A DNA stretch of 64,000 nt from Antedon mediterranea (taxonomy: Eukaryota > Animalia > Echinodermata). The notes below the pieces were generated by a model. The model was not told where the DNA came from. It ran no database searches and worked only from the letters and a program-made list of their open reading frames with translations. The stretch covers positions 270,101 to 334,100 of the forward strand of contig NC_092677.1 in assembly GCF_964355755.1 (NCBI RefSeq), written 5' to 3'. A program made the translations under genes and the position numbers. Positions 49,701 through 60,100 of this stretch are shown in pieces (the stretch's first letter is position 1; the number at the start of each line of letters is the position of its first letter).

Positions 49701-50328
49701 AGTATAGTCCAGTACTTCTAAAATTTAGTGATAATCGAACAAATGAAAAAGATGGTATATTTATTGAAAGAAAAAAAATCATAATGTTGATAAGAAAGGA
49801 ATCATTATCATGTTCAACCTACCTCATTATGTGGAAATTTATTTGCATCATTTTCAAACCATTTTTTACCAAATGGAAACGGGATGAATATAAACATTAT
49901 AATGAGAAACATTGCTCCGCAAATCACACCTAAAGCTTCGGGCCTGTGAATACAAATGGAACAACTACACATGTAACGGAATTCAAATTACTAATCATAT
50001 TTACTCTCTTCTCTAGTCTAAAACTAGGCCTAGTTTATGCAATACAATGTTTAATGATCGCCAACATTGGCCATCAATATCACGTTTTAAACATCAAATC
50101 ATTTCTAGGCCTTACTTACACTTGTTTAGCCTCTTTTCCCTTTGCAGGAAGCGGCTTATTCAGGTCCTTCCCCGACAAACCTGCCTGGATGAACAAACCA
50201 CCGAAGAGAGGGATGATTCGAACTGTTACGAAAAACCCGATAATTGACAGTATAATATTGATGACTAAAGGTCCATCAAGACCAATAACGCTTTCATTAA
50301 TGGTTGATGAGTTATTATTCAACGTCAT
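43708..50328 (-). CDS. DPAGT1: UDP-GlcNAc:dolichyl-phosphate GlcNAc-1-phosphotransferase (ALG7/GPT), 9 exons
   Basis: Exons 50328-50120, 49943-49823, 46793-46580, 46226-46080, 45851-45767, 45600-45412, 45266-45196, 44779-44607, 43779-43708. Motifs: [80 protein letters not shown]. Confidence 0.96.
44111..44397. mobile_element. MITE with ~32-bp TIRs and an internal ~52-bp tandem triplication
   Basis: AAAGGCCACTTTACCCAGACGAGTGGTAACGG versus right-end reverse complement AAAGGCCAATTTACACAGACCAGCGGTAACGG. Confidence 0.75.
44398..44613. repeat. 34/35-bp minisatellite (~6 copies) duplicating the DPAGT1 exon 8 donor
   Basis: Minus-strand unit ATTCAA|GTAAGTACTCATACTTAGATCATACTTA. Confidence 0.95.
46838..49655 (-). 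mobile_element. 5'-truncated CR1/L2-group LINE with an intact RT frame, in DPAGT1 intron 2
   Basis: ORF 49532-47277 (751 aa) extends upstream into the endonuclease end ([16 protein letters not shown]...ISDHFPV). RT motifs [36 protein letters not shown]. 3' UTR stem-loop ~46930-46970, then AATAAA and a (CGAAA)n tail. Confidence 0.95.
47277..49532 (-). CDS. LINE ORF2 reverse transcriptase (N-terminally truncated)
   Basis: 751-aa stop-free frame carrying the non-LTR RT motifs listed above. Confidence 0.9.
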   Translation of the reverse strand: MLVHKSEPLQHLKPKSKYIYIKKVNDISISALSNDLSNVDWTSIYNSNEPNEAYALFNGIFSTLYNNNIKTTRSRRNIRKEKKPWITKCLIKSIDKKHKLYKTFLISKKQKDKDKYVKYRNVLTKILRTAQKNYFSDKFEFHKNNIQKTWQTINGVLGKKSRKPFPSHFINNDIELNNPQQIATEFNNYFTSIGPNLVNKIHVSDNDNYTSTLPRPCVHSLFLSPVTEHEVVSIILSLKDNKSPGFDGFSNKIIKRVSNFICKPLTHIFNTSFQTGIFPDSFKIAKVIPIYKKEDPHHFNNYRPISLLPCFSKLIEKIMHNRISSFLTKHNILFKGQYGFRKKYSTDLALLDIFDKITIALSKNEFSVGIFLDLSKAFDAINHDILIHKLSNYGIRGLPLKLIKSYLSNRVQFTSLNNFNSSYSRLTCGVPQGSILGPLLFLMFVNDIPNSSKLLNFILFADDTNIFFSHPKLNTLFKIVNDELLKVSNWLKHNKLTLNTFKTNYIIFSKRKISNSLNEQIYIDNKMIKRVNETQFLGVTIDASLTWKLHINKISNLVSRNVGILNKLKHIFPQKTLLTLYNTLVLPYLSYANLCWAITLDKFNTLCPWTSSLEKTQIDRLFKLQKRALRICAGESFRAHTKLLFKRFNVLNIYDLNKLQVASFMYRLSNNLLPSHFNALFTRIDERHSYKTRSSVNNYILDNLNVKARRFSMYYFGPKLWTSLSNELKQKSSFSSFKSNFKHKMVSEYAT

Positions 50329-51837
50329 ATTGAAGTTTTGTGCAATATAAATGTTAAATATGGAGTAAAATAAACGGCCTAGCTCAGGCCTCTTTGCACT
50401 TCACACATTACATCAGACCGGTTAATGACACGCTTCACTGATTAACAAAGATAACATAAATAACCTTTAAAACAAAATTGACCAATGAAAATCAAGATAT
50501 TAACAATTTGATATTGCGCAAAGAAAAATTGAAAAAAAAATTAGGACAGACTTCCTTTTAAAAAACACAGTACTATATTCTTTATTTTACATATTGATCC
50601 TAAATTGATGAATACTACTCTACATAATCTAATTAAATTATCTTATTCGGTATAACTCTAAATGCCAAAATACAAAACATACAAAAGATCTTTTTAATTT
50701 TTATTTTATTTCATCACAACGCAAAACAGTGATACAAGTCATCAATTACAAAGTTAAAAATATAGCATTTATATGTAAACACATAAGTTGACAAAGTAAC
50801 ATATAATAATAATATCAAACAAAATAAAATTAAAAGATGGAAAAAGAATTACAAAAAAATATCAAAGTCTGGTCGATTCACAACATGAAAATGACACTAT
50901 AAAATGACATTTATTGGCCTAAACTAGAGATTTATATAAAACAATTAAAGTTGTTATATTTTACATATTTTATCAATCAAAAGCAAGTAACCTACCAGTT
51001 ACAAATAATATACAATAATCAATAATCAATAAGACAAACTAGTTGATGGACTATACACAAATGTAAATATATATCTAATATTTTAATTTCAAAATACAAT
51101 TCAGAATTATTTAAAGGTAACATACATTACTGTACCTTACATTTATGCATACACATTATACTAAATTCTACACCATTCCATAAAACCTTTGTGTAACAGT
51201 GTATTGATACACATTATACTACATTCTTTGTGTAACAGTGTATTGATACACATTATACTACATTCTTTGTGTAACAGTGCATTGCATGGAAACTGTCAGC
51301 AGATAAAAACAAATATAGACAGAAAATATTAGGAAAATTATTGATCAAAATAAATATTGCATTAAATGACAATAATATAGGCCCATGAGACACAGATAAA
51401 ACAGGACCGTATCAATAGTAACTCTCTTAAAATTTAAACAAAAAACATAGAGTAAATTTGGTAAGATTTTGTGAAACTATTTAAAATGTTTATCAACTAA
51501 ATTGGTGTAGATCTTAAATTGGCCCTTCTTAGAATTGATGGCATTATGTGCATGGTTCAAAAGCTAAAGAGCTGTCTAAACTATCAAACTTTATGTGACA
51601 AAAAAATGTGATGCGCCCAAATATGGAAATGATGTCATATCAACTACCATATTTGGGATTTGTTTTTCATCTCCCATTTCAGTAATTAATATTGAAAAGA
51701 ATTCTCTAATATACAAACTGTCAAGTAAAAATTACAAGGAAGTTAAAATTGAAGTTTTTTCTGCTAAAAAATAAAATATCATTGTTTTATATGATGGGGA
51801 TTTTTACTTAAAAAACTTTAAAATGCTTTGTTAAAAT

Positions 51838-52422
51838 TCATTTGTCCTCATTTGACCGAGGAATTTCTAAGGATAATGCCTGCACAATCCATGGGTCACA
51901 TTTAGAACCCTCACGAAATTCCTCTTTGTTCAATTTCCCTCGACCAGATCTATCCATTTGACCAAATATTTTGTTCACTCTTTTTTCTGCTGTATTCTCA
52001 TCCGTCGGTAGATCAATCATGTTTCCCACCATTTCGTATATTGCATCTACGATATCAAGCATTTCCTTTTTGTTTATGTACCCATCTTTATCTAGATCAT
52101 AGAGTTTAAAAGCCCAGTCCAATTTCTCATCTAATGAACCTCTCGACGTTACAGATAATGCAGAAATAAATTCTTTAAATGAGATATATCCATCATTGTC
52201 TGTATCAAATACATTAAACACAAAACTTGCAAATTTACTAGGATCTCCATTTGGGAAAAATTGGTGGTATATCGTTTGGAATTCCTCTCTTTTCAAAGCA
52301 CCACTAGGGCAATCCTTCATAAAATCCTTGTGCCATTGTTGAATTTCTTTTTTGTTAAAATATGTACTATCTTGGATTTCTTTAATATCAGTTGCAGTCA
52401 GTTTACTAGGAGACTTCCCCAT
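51838..52422 (-). CDS. NCS1: Neuronal calcium sensor 1/frequenin-like EF-hand protein, single coding exon
   Basis: MGKSPS myristoylation motif, [12 protein letters not shown] (inactive EF1), EF2 [14 protein letters not shown]3 [29 protein letters not shown] likely 5' UTR intron spans ~52631-52426. Confidence 0.9.
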   Translation of the reverse strand: MGKSPSKLTATDIKEIQDSTYFNKKEIQQWHKDFMKDCPSGALKREEFQTIYHQFFPNGDPSKFASFVFNVFDTDNDGYISFKEFISALSVTSRGSLDEKLDWAFKLYDLDKDGYINKKEMLDIVDAIYEMVGNMIDLPTDENTAEKRVNKIFGQMDRSGRGKLNKEEFREGSKCDPWIVQALSLEIPRSNEDK

Positions 52423-52824
52423 TGTCTTACAGAAAATGAAATAGATTTTATTTTTAGGCCTACTAGCCTACTACTATTAGGCCTAGTATTATTACTATTA
52501 CTAATAATATATTAATAATACTACTAGGCCTAGGCTATTTTACTGCTGGTCTGTCTACCACCTCAATGTACTGTTCTGTTCTTTTAAACAAGAAGAATTT
52601 ATTGTCGGATGTGTTCCCCATAAACTCTCACCATAACTGTTATATATTAAAATTGTCAAATCGAAAATAACTTAAGATTATGGCAATAGTATCTATCTAT
52701 CGCTGGTTGCAGATGACCGTTTTCCCCGTGAATTCTCCAGACAACGTAGAGGCTAGGAAGGATTGTGTATTTTTTGTCGAGTGTTTGGTTGATTAGGAAA
52801 AGTCAGAGGAGAGTTGCTGTGCCA

Positions 52825-52840
52825 GCGCTAGGTGGCAGCA
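52825..52840 (+). promoter_or_regulatory. CTCF-like motif upstream of the NCS1-like gene
   Basis: GCGCTAGGTGGCAGCA resembles the CTCF core. Confidence 0.45.
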
Positions 52841-54072
52841 CAACATTATGTTTTTTTATTTATTTATTTGGAATTACACCTTTAGATCGGTGTGGCACAC
52901 TTAGCACAAAGGTGCATCCTTCACAATATAAAATATAACAATTAACAGAAAAGTAAAAAAAGGCAAAAGCAACTATCAACCCCTATCCTACCCCCCCCCC
53001 CCAATTTACATCGATACATACAGTAGATCATTACTTTACACAATGAATACAAAACAAGATATAGTAAAAGTGTATAAAATAAAATAAAATCAGCTGATAA
53101 ACACAGCTTATTACGAAAAACCCCCAACTCCTCCCCCCTCCCACTTTTTTTTCAATTTACTTAATGTAGCAATGTAGATAACATAGTTATTGAGTCATGG
53201 AATTCAGTGAATCATTTCGAAATTGCCATGCTTGTTTTAGGTATCTTTTACAAAAACTATCTAAAATATGTTCACACTCTTCATCAATTAAATTATCTGA
53301 GTATCCCAAAATATATTTATAAGATATATATATATATATGTAAGATTAAATTAGGGATATGAATAATATGTTTTATATTCCACAAAAACGGAAGGAGGCC
53401 AAAAAAAAATATTCGAGATTATTTATTACAATAATGCATATGTATTTAAAAACATAGAGAGAAACACTAGCCAGGCTTGGCATCGGCATCTAGACTTTAC
53501 AAGTTCTTGTTCCTAATTTTCTGACATAATTTAGTGTGTTCTTAAAATTGACAGCGCTAAACATAAAATTTACGAGATAAATATCTTGTATATATTTCAA
53601 AATACAGTATAATGCGGTACGGTAGAATAATAATCTTCTAATGTAAAAGATTAACAACAACAAAATTTAACAGTATAGCGTGTTGACCGAGAATGACTAA
53701 CAATTCCCTCAATTCCCTCTTCCACACTGCACATGCACAAACTCATTTGCATAATAACAACACACCGCATACCAAACTACGGTGCGATATAAATTCTCTT
53801 CGAAAACACGTATAACGAATAAAAAGTTATTAAAATTGAGGGCGCCAAACATAAAATTTACGAGATCGAAGGGAAGTCGGGAAGCTTGACAGAAGAAAAA
53901 AAAATGATGGTGTGCTCCCTTGCCTCTAGCACGGTAAGGCCCTCTCACAGCCTTGGGTCTCGACATCAGATGCTTTGATGTTATTGCCTCATGATGACGT
54001 GGTGGAAAGGGGGACGTTTAAGTCTGTGAACCCCAAACACAGAAGCTCGCATAGCTTTAACTCTTTTCCACC

Positions 54073-54139
54073 GACCGGCATGGGTTTGAACCCACGTTAA
54101 TCGTGTTCCACGACGCTCTACCGTCTGAGCTATCCGGTC
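54073..54139 (-). mobile_element. tRNA-derived element (SINE head or pseudo-tRNA), copy A
   Basis: GACCGGATAGCTCAGACGGTAGAGCG...GTGGGTTCAAACCCATGCCGGTC with A and B boxes; the anticodon loop is collapsed. Confidence 0.65.
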
Positions 54140-54245
54140 CTCTGGTTCATAGCAACGTTAAAACTAGATTAGTTTTCTCAATATTACGTCATGAATATGC
54201 AAAATTAAGGGAACTAAACATATAGATTTATAACTCTATTCCACC

Positions 54246-54316
54246 GACCAGCGTGGGAATCGAACCCACGACATCCGTGTATTAATACGGCGCTCAGTCG
54301 CCTGAGCTAACTGGTC
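54246..54316 (-). mobile_element. tRNA-derived element (tRNA-Ile(AAT)-like), copy B
   Basis: GACCAGT-TA-GCTC-AGGCGACT-GAGC-G-CCGT-ATTAATAC-ACGG-ATGTC-GTGGG-TTCGATT-CCCAC-GCTGGTC folds as a cloverleaf with a non-canonical anticodon arm. Confidence 0.65.
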
Positions 54317-54729
54317 ATTTTGTTTCTAACAAGGTTAATATGAAATATATGACGTAACTATGAATTACGTAATACACGTATAAATAGACTATTATCAGCT
54401 GTTCAGTCATGTACGGTGGCGTAACGGGTAATGTTCGGTTTTGAGTACTCTCGGCTCTCACAGAGTGGGTTCGAACGTTTACGGATATTTTGTTTTAAAT
54501 GGAAAATAATAAATATAGTTTTTCTTTTATTTTAAAAGAGAGATATTTAGAATGTTTTAAATTTCAGGCCTAAACAAGTGAACCTTTTTAAAAATCAGAA
54601 ACAATTAAAGTCGTATATTGGCATTCATTTTCCATTAAATAGAATACCATAAGACCTCGAAAAGAAGCCCATGTGCTCTTTCATTTGTTTGTACTCTTGG
54701 GTGGGCCTTTCAACTTCATTTCTTTAATC

Positions 54730-55740
54730 TCTAATAAAGATTAACAAAATCAAAATGTAACATTGCGGCATGTTGACCGCGAATGACTAACAATAACATC
54801 TTCCCCATTACATTAATTTTTCAGGAATTTGTATGATTTATTTTCTTTTTTATTTTTAAATGCGCCTTGAGCACTCTGGAGTGGTATGTGCGCTATAAAA
54901 ATCTTATTATTATTATTATTATTATTACACCTGCACAACACAAATTCATTTGCATAACAACGCATGCACGGCATACCAAACTGTTTAAAATAGAGCTGCA
55001 AGGTCCCCTGAAATTACACTTATAATTTGAAAAATATATATAATATACGAGTCTTCAGTACCGCCACCATGCTTGGGGCTGAGCAAAGAAAATTTTTGAA
55101 AAATAGAGCAGATATGGTTTCCGCCCGAAAAATTGCACTTTACATGATTTGAAATATGAAACAAATTATATGAGACACATCGGCATCTTTACAATGTTAT
55201 ATATTTGATCTTATAGTCCCCATTAACCAACCCCATTTAAGAACGGAGACAAACTGTTAGTTAAAACATATTTATTCTGGGACGTTGCGGCCAATACACG
55301 CCAACTACCATAAACCTTTATACGTAACAACATATTAGTACGGTAGAATAATAATCTTCTAATGTAAAAGATTAACAAAAACAAAATTTAACAGTGTATA
55401 TGACTAACAATAACATCTTCCCTATTACACCTGCACAACACAAACTCATTTGCATAACAACATGCACGCACGGCATACCAAACTGTAATAGAAATGCAAG
55501 GTCCCCGGAAATGAAACTTACATTTTGAAAAATATATATATACGAGTCTTCAGTACCCCCACCATGCTTGGGGCTGAGCAAAGACAATTTTGAAAAATAG
55601 AGCTGCCCGAAAAATAGTATTTTACATGATTTGAAATACGAAACAAATTATATAAGACACATCGGCATGTCTTTACAATGTTCTATATTTGATCTCATCA
55701 GTCCCCATCCATTAACCAACCTCATTTAAGAACGGAGACA
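54730..55740. repeat. Local tandem duplication (~400-bp unit; third partial copy at 53618-53785)
   Basis: Shared blocks AAAGATTAACAA..., ATTTGCATAACAAC, TACGAGTCTTCAGTACC...CATGCTTGGGGCTGAGCAAAGA, CATTTAAGAACGGAGACA. Confidence 0.85.
54813..54923 (+). mobile_element. Retroposon 3' end with (TTA)n tail and a 6-bp TSD
   Basis: TGCGCCTTGAGCACTCTGGAGTGGTATGTGCGCTATAAAAATC then (TTA)n. ATTACA at 54807 and 54924; the empty site is visible in the paralogous copy near 55424. Confidence 0.75.
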
Positions 55741-57104
55741 CTGTTTGTTTATAACAATATTAGCTCCACCCAAATGGTGGATTGGTCATGTAGACTTATA
55801 ATTTCGTTTCAGATATCAATGTATAGGCTACGTGCAATTAGTTTCTTTTATCAGCTTTTGCCAAGGAGCTCGATGTAGTCAATCGCTAGTGTCTGACTAT
55901 TGTTAGCATGATTACTTGTAAGATCTTTACCAAAATGAAAATACAGATAGATAGTGGGCAAGGACCACTCCATTAAATTTTGGAGGCAATCCAAGCCATG
56001 TTCCCAATTCTGAAGCACTTTTTAGTATCATTTTCAGACCTGCTAGTGTTAAAAGATAGGAGAGAAAATTGGGTCTTTACAAAAAAGAGCTTAGTCCCCG
56101 GAAAGTGCACTTATGCTTTGACTCGGCCGGTTCGACTCATGATGTGTGGTGAATGGGGAACGTATCATTCTGTTGAATCCCAAACACAACCCAGCTTATT
56201 GTCAAAACGCTCCCTCTTCACGTTCCAAAACCACAATTTCCTCTCTTTTTTGAGTTTTCATTTTGTTTATTTTTTGGGTTATTATTACATTGTAACAAAA
56301 CTGAATTTAACACTATTTATTACACTATTATAATTTATCATTAATGTTATGATATATGAATAATGTGAATTATTTGGTGTCACAAACAATTTTAAATAAA
56401 CAACATTTTTTATTTCACATACACATTCTCAAAACCAGCAAATAAACAACAATGATACTTCAATAGAATAAACCTTGTTTTATTTAGAAATTAAAGTCAT
56501 TATAACTACAAAATCAAATAAAGATTACACTAAAAAAACGTTCAAAATGGGATTTTATGAATTCATAGTGTAAACCTTGCATTTCAATTTCATCTGGTGC
56601 ATTGAGGCTATTGCCATCATGGACCTCTACAATTTGAGGCATCTGGTACCACAAGGCTATTTGTTCATTATATAATATAAAAACGTTGGATTTTCATGAT
56701 ACAGTAGGCTATTAATTTTTTCTCCAAACCTTGCCACAAGTATAAAACAAAAAATAATTCTATAAAAATTTAAAGTGATCTAAATGTTTACCCGACAGGT
56801 ACTACTGGCCTACCTACTACTACTGGCCTACCTACTACTACAAATCAACATAAACAATTTGATCTAAGAATTCAGTTTACAGTGTTACAACAAAACTCTT
56901 ACAAAAGTTACAAATGGGACCAAGCTAGCCAATACATGTTTGAAATGCAAGCATGTCTGGGTGTATAAAATAATTTAACAGTGGGGACATCAGCTGTGAT
57001 TACAACAAACTGTTAATAGTGTGGACACACATTTAGTTGCCTCCTCACTGGTGAATATCAGCAATCCATTTTTTCTGATGCAACAACTTGCCATGTGTTT
57101 GTTT

Positions 57105-60100
57105 TTAAGCTTCAGTCTCTTTCCCAGTGGGAGACATTTCAAACTCAACATCTTGTGGACCACTCTTTCCTTTCCTGAAATTAAAAATATTAATAATAAA
57201 TTAAATACCTACATAAACAAGTTACATTGTTAGAGATTGTTGAATGAAATGTAAAAAACACAAACTAATCTGCTGGCTTCTGCATAAAAACATAGAGATG
57301 CCAGGTGAAATAAACCAACCAATGACAATTAATCTTAATAAAAATGCATGAAGAAGAACTTTTGATTATAATTAAATCAAGATGGTATTATACATTGTTG
57401 TTGCCAGTACATCTTTTGAGACGAGTAGGGGGTTACCCCAGTGTACTAGTCCACACACACACGAGTAGGGGGTTACCCCAGTGTACTAGTCCACACACAC
57501 ACGAGTAGGGGGTTACCCCAGTGTACTAGTCCACACACACACGAGTAGGGGGTTACCCCAGTGTACTAGTACACACACACACACACACACACGAGTAGGG
57601 GGTTACCCCAGTGTACTAGTACACACACACACACGAGTAGGGGGTTACCCCAGTGTACTAGTACACACACACACACACACACACACACAGTCCTGTGCAA
57701 TTGGAACTGGATCGTTTTAGAGGTATTTATCACCTGTTGGTCCCACCCTTCACTAATGTACATCTTAGTGAAAAAATCAACTTTTTTTCTTATATTATTC
57801 CACTTACATTGCATAATCATTATAGTGATCATCACGTTCTTTATCATCATCATCTCGTAGACGACAGACAACCAAGATGATTACAACAACAATGATTAAG
57901 ATTGCAGCCATGATACTACCAGCTATTGCACCAGCAAGCTTCTCTGGTGCCATGCGGTCTGAAAATAACAACACATTATTTGCAATATCAAGCAGTGAGC
58001 GAACCGGAGCTCGAACCCACAACCTCTGGATTGCGAGTACAATACTATTACCACAATGGGTGATTCGTTTGTTTGCTATGGGTGATTCGTTTGTTTGCTA
58101 TGGGTGATTCGTTTGTTTGGGTATTCCTTTATTTATTGAAGATTGTAAAAGGTAACTTTTTATGCTGAATTTTATTCTGTTCTTTTTTATAATTTTTTAT
58201 TACAGTATTTATATTATCTGAGGTTTTTTTGTGTGTTTGACTGTACTCATGTAAATTCCTGTGTTTCTTGTGTCTTATTAAGTACTATTTACTATTTTAA
58301 CTTCAGCTTGAACCCATAATCTCTAGATTCAAGTACAATGCTCTTACATCCACTATCAACTTTATATTACTATTATAACTTGATAATGATATGTAGACAT
58401 TCTAACCATAGCAGCCAGTGTACAGTTTTCCAGTCCATTCTTCATTCTCAAGATCACACTTTCGTTTGGAAGAACCGTACAATTCGTAGCCCTCATCACA
58501 GTTGATGCTAGCTTCTAAATCATCATTTTCACCATTTATGTCAATACTTCCATGTTCAACTGGATCTAGACCACCGCAAATTGGACTTGCTAAAATAAAT
58601 CAAACACAAATATAAATTAATCAAAATGAAAAAAAAACAAAAAACAAAAATCCAATTTGTGTCAATTTTAAAGCATCATATGTACCAATGAGATGCGATT
58701 TGGTACCAAAATGGCATAGTGGAACCAATGAGGTAAGATTTGGTACCAAAATGGCATAGTGGAACCAATGAGGTAAGATTTGGTACCAAAATGGCATAGT
58801 GGAACAAATGAGGTAAGATTTGGTAACGAAATGGCGTAGTGGAACCACTGAGGTAAGATTTGGTACCAAAATGATCGAAAACAACAAAGCCAACTTACGA
58901 ATGCAGTCATTGTTGAGATCATCACCAGTCCAATCCCCATTATCATCACAAACACGATATTGAGTTCCAACCAACACAAAATCATCATCACATTCAAATT
59001 CAATCTGGGATCCAATGAGATAATTGCGTTCACGGAAGAACGTCTTGGTTCCATTAATTGGTGTTGGAATGTAGTCGCATACAATAACTGAAATAAAAAT
59101 ATTAATAATTTAGGTTTTTGGAACAATCTTTTTTTTTGTCTTTATGGGTTGTGCTACTTCTATTACAATATTATGCCATCACCTAAGTTCATATCAGGGT
59201 TTATAATTTTATCTTAAATACAAAATTACGTTTTTGAATAAACATTACCATAATTCAATATGGTCAACTTACGATCCACTGAAGCATTTCGGTTTTGCCA
59301 ATAATGATCGTAGGCTTCCTTAGTAGCCTTCCCAAGCCAGACGTTTTCTGTCATACGAACATCATACTCACAATATTCATTGCCATCGCACACCTTTAGA
59401 GAAAGGATTTTATAAGAGAGTCTGCAATAGAGTCTACAGTATAATCCACAATACTTATTTATGTTCCGTAAAAAAAAGACAAACTTATTCTATTTAAAAA
59501 AAAAGTATCATACTTGTTCCATCTCCTCTCTGACAAGACTTGGTAAATTATTAGGAGCAATAAATGACGGAATGAACGAGTTATCCTGGTAATAATCATG
59601 GTTTGTTCCTGCATCGTAATGGAATAACCTTTCTGAGGCATCTCTTACTTCCCCTGAAATATAGAAAATTCAAAAGTTAATCAATTAGCATTTACATAGA
59701 AGTGATCCACTGAGACATTATATTATGAATATTTAACTTTCTACATTCACCTTTTATACTACAGTTACTGTACATTCTGCATATATTTAAACTATAATTT
59801 ACGAAGGGTAAATCACATTTGAAATTGAGAATTCCTAATGTTTTATACTATTTTCATCAGTTAGTACATCATTTTGTAATCACCATCACAGCTACTGGAT
59901 GTCAAACATTCATTTTATCCTCCATCTTAACCAGTAATTTACAACTTACAGCTTTTGCCAAAATCATAAATAACTTGTGGAGATGCATCAGGACTGATCA
60001 AAGTGCCCCCGTTATCTTTTAAATCATCATCTGGGTTATCATTCCAAGACCCCATGAGTCCTTCTACACGATTCTGAAACAAAAAAAGGACGAGTTATGT

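Noticed and set aside
52855-53400. Possible minus-strand LINE 3' remnant with a (TAAA)n tail
   Set aside because: Too degraded to assign without a database search.
54246-54316. Functional tRNA-Ile gene
   Set aside because: The anticodon arm is 4 bp with an 8-nt loop, the D-loop is atypical, and there is no immediate oligo-T terminator; treated as tRNA-derived.
57734-57763. In-frame 30-nt candidate exon in the mesh tail
   Set aside because: The upstream intron would be only ~44 nt, and direct splicing to 57174 already gives a sensible C-terminus.
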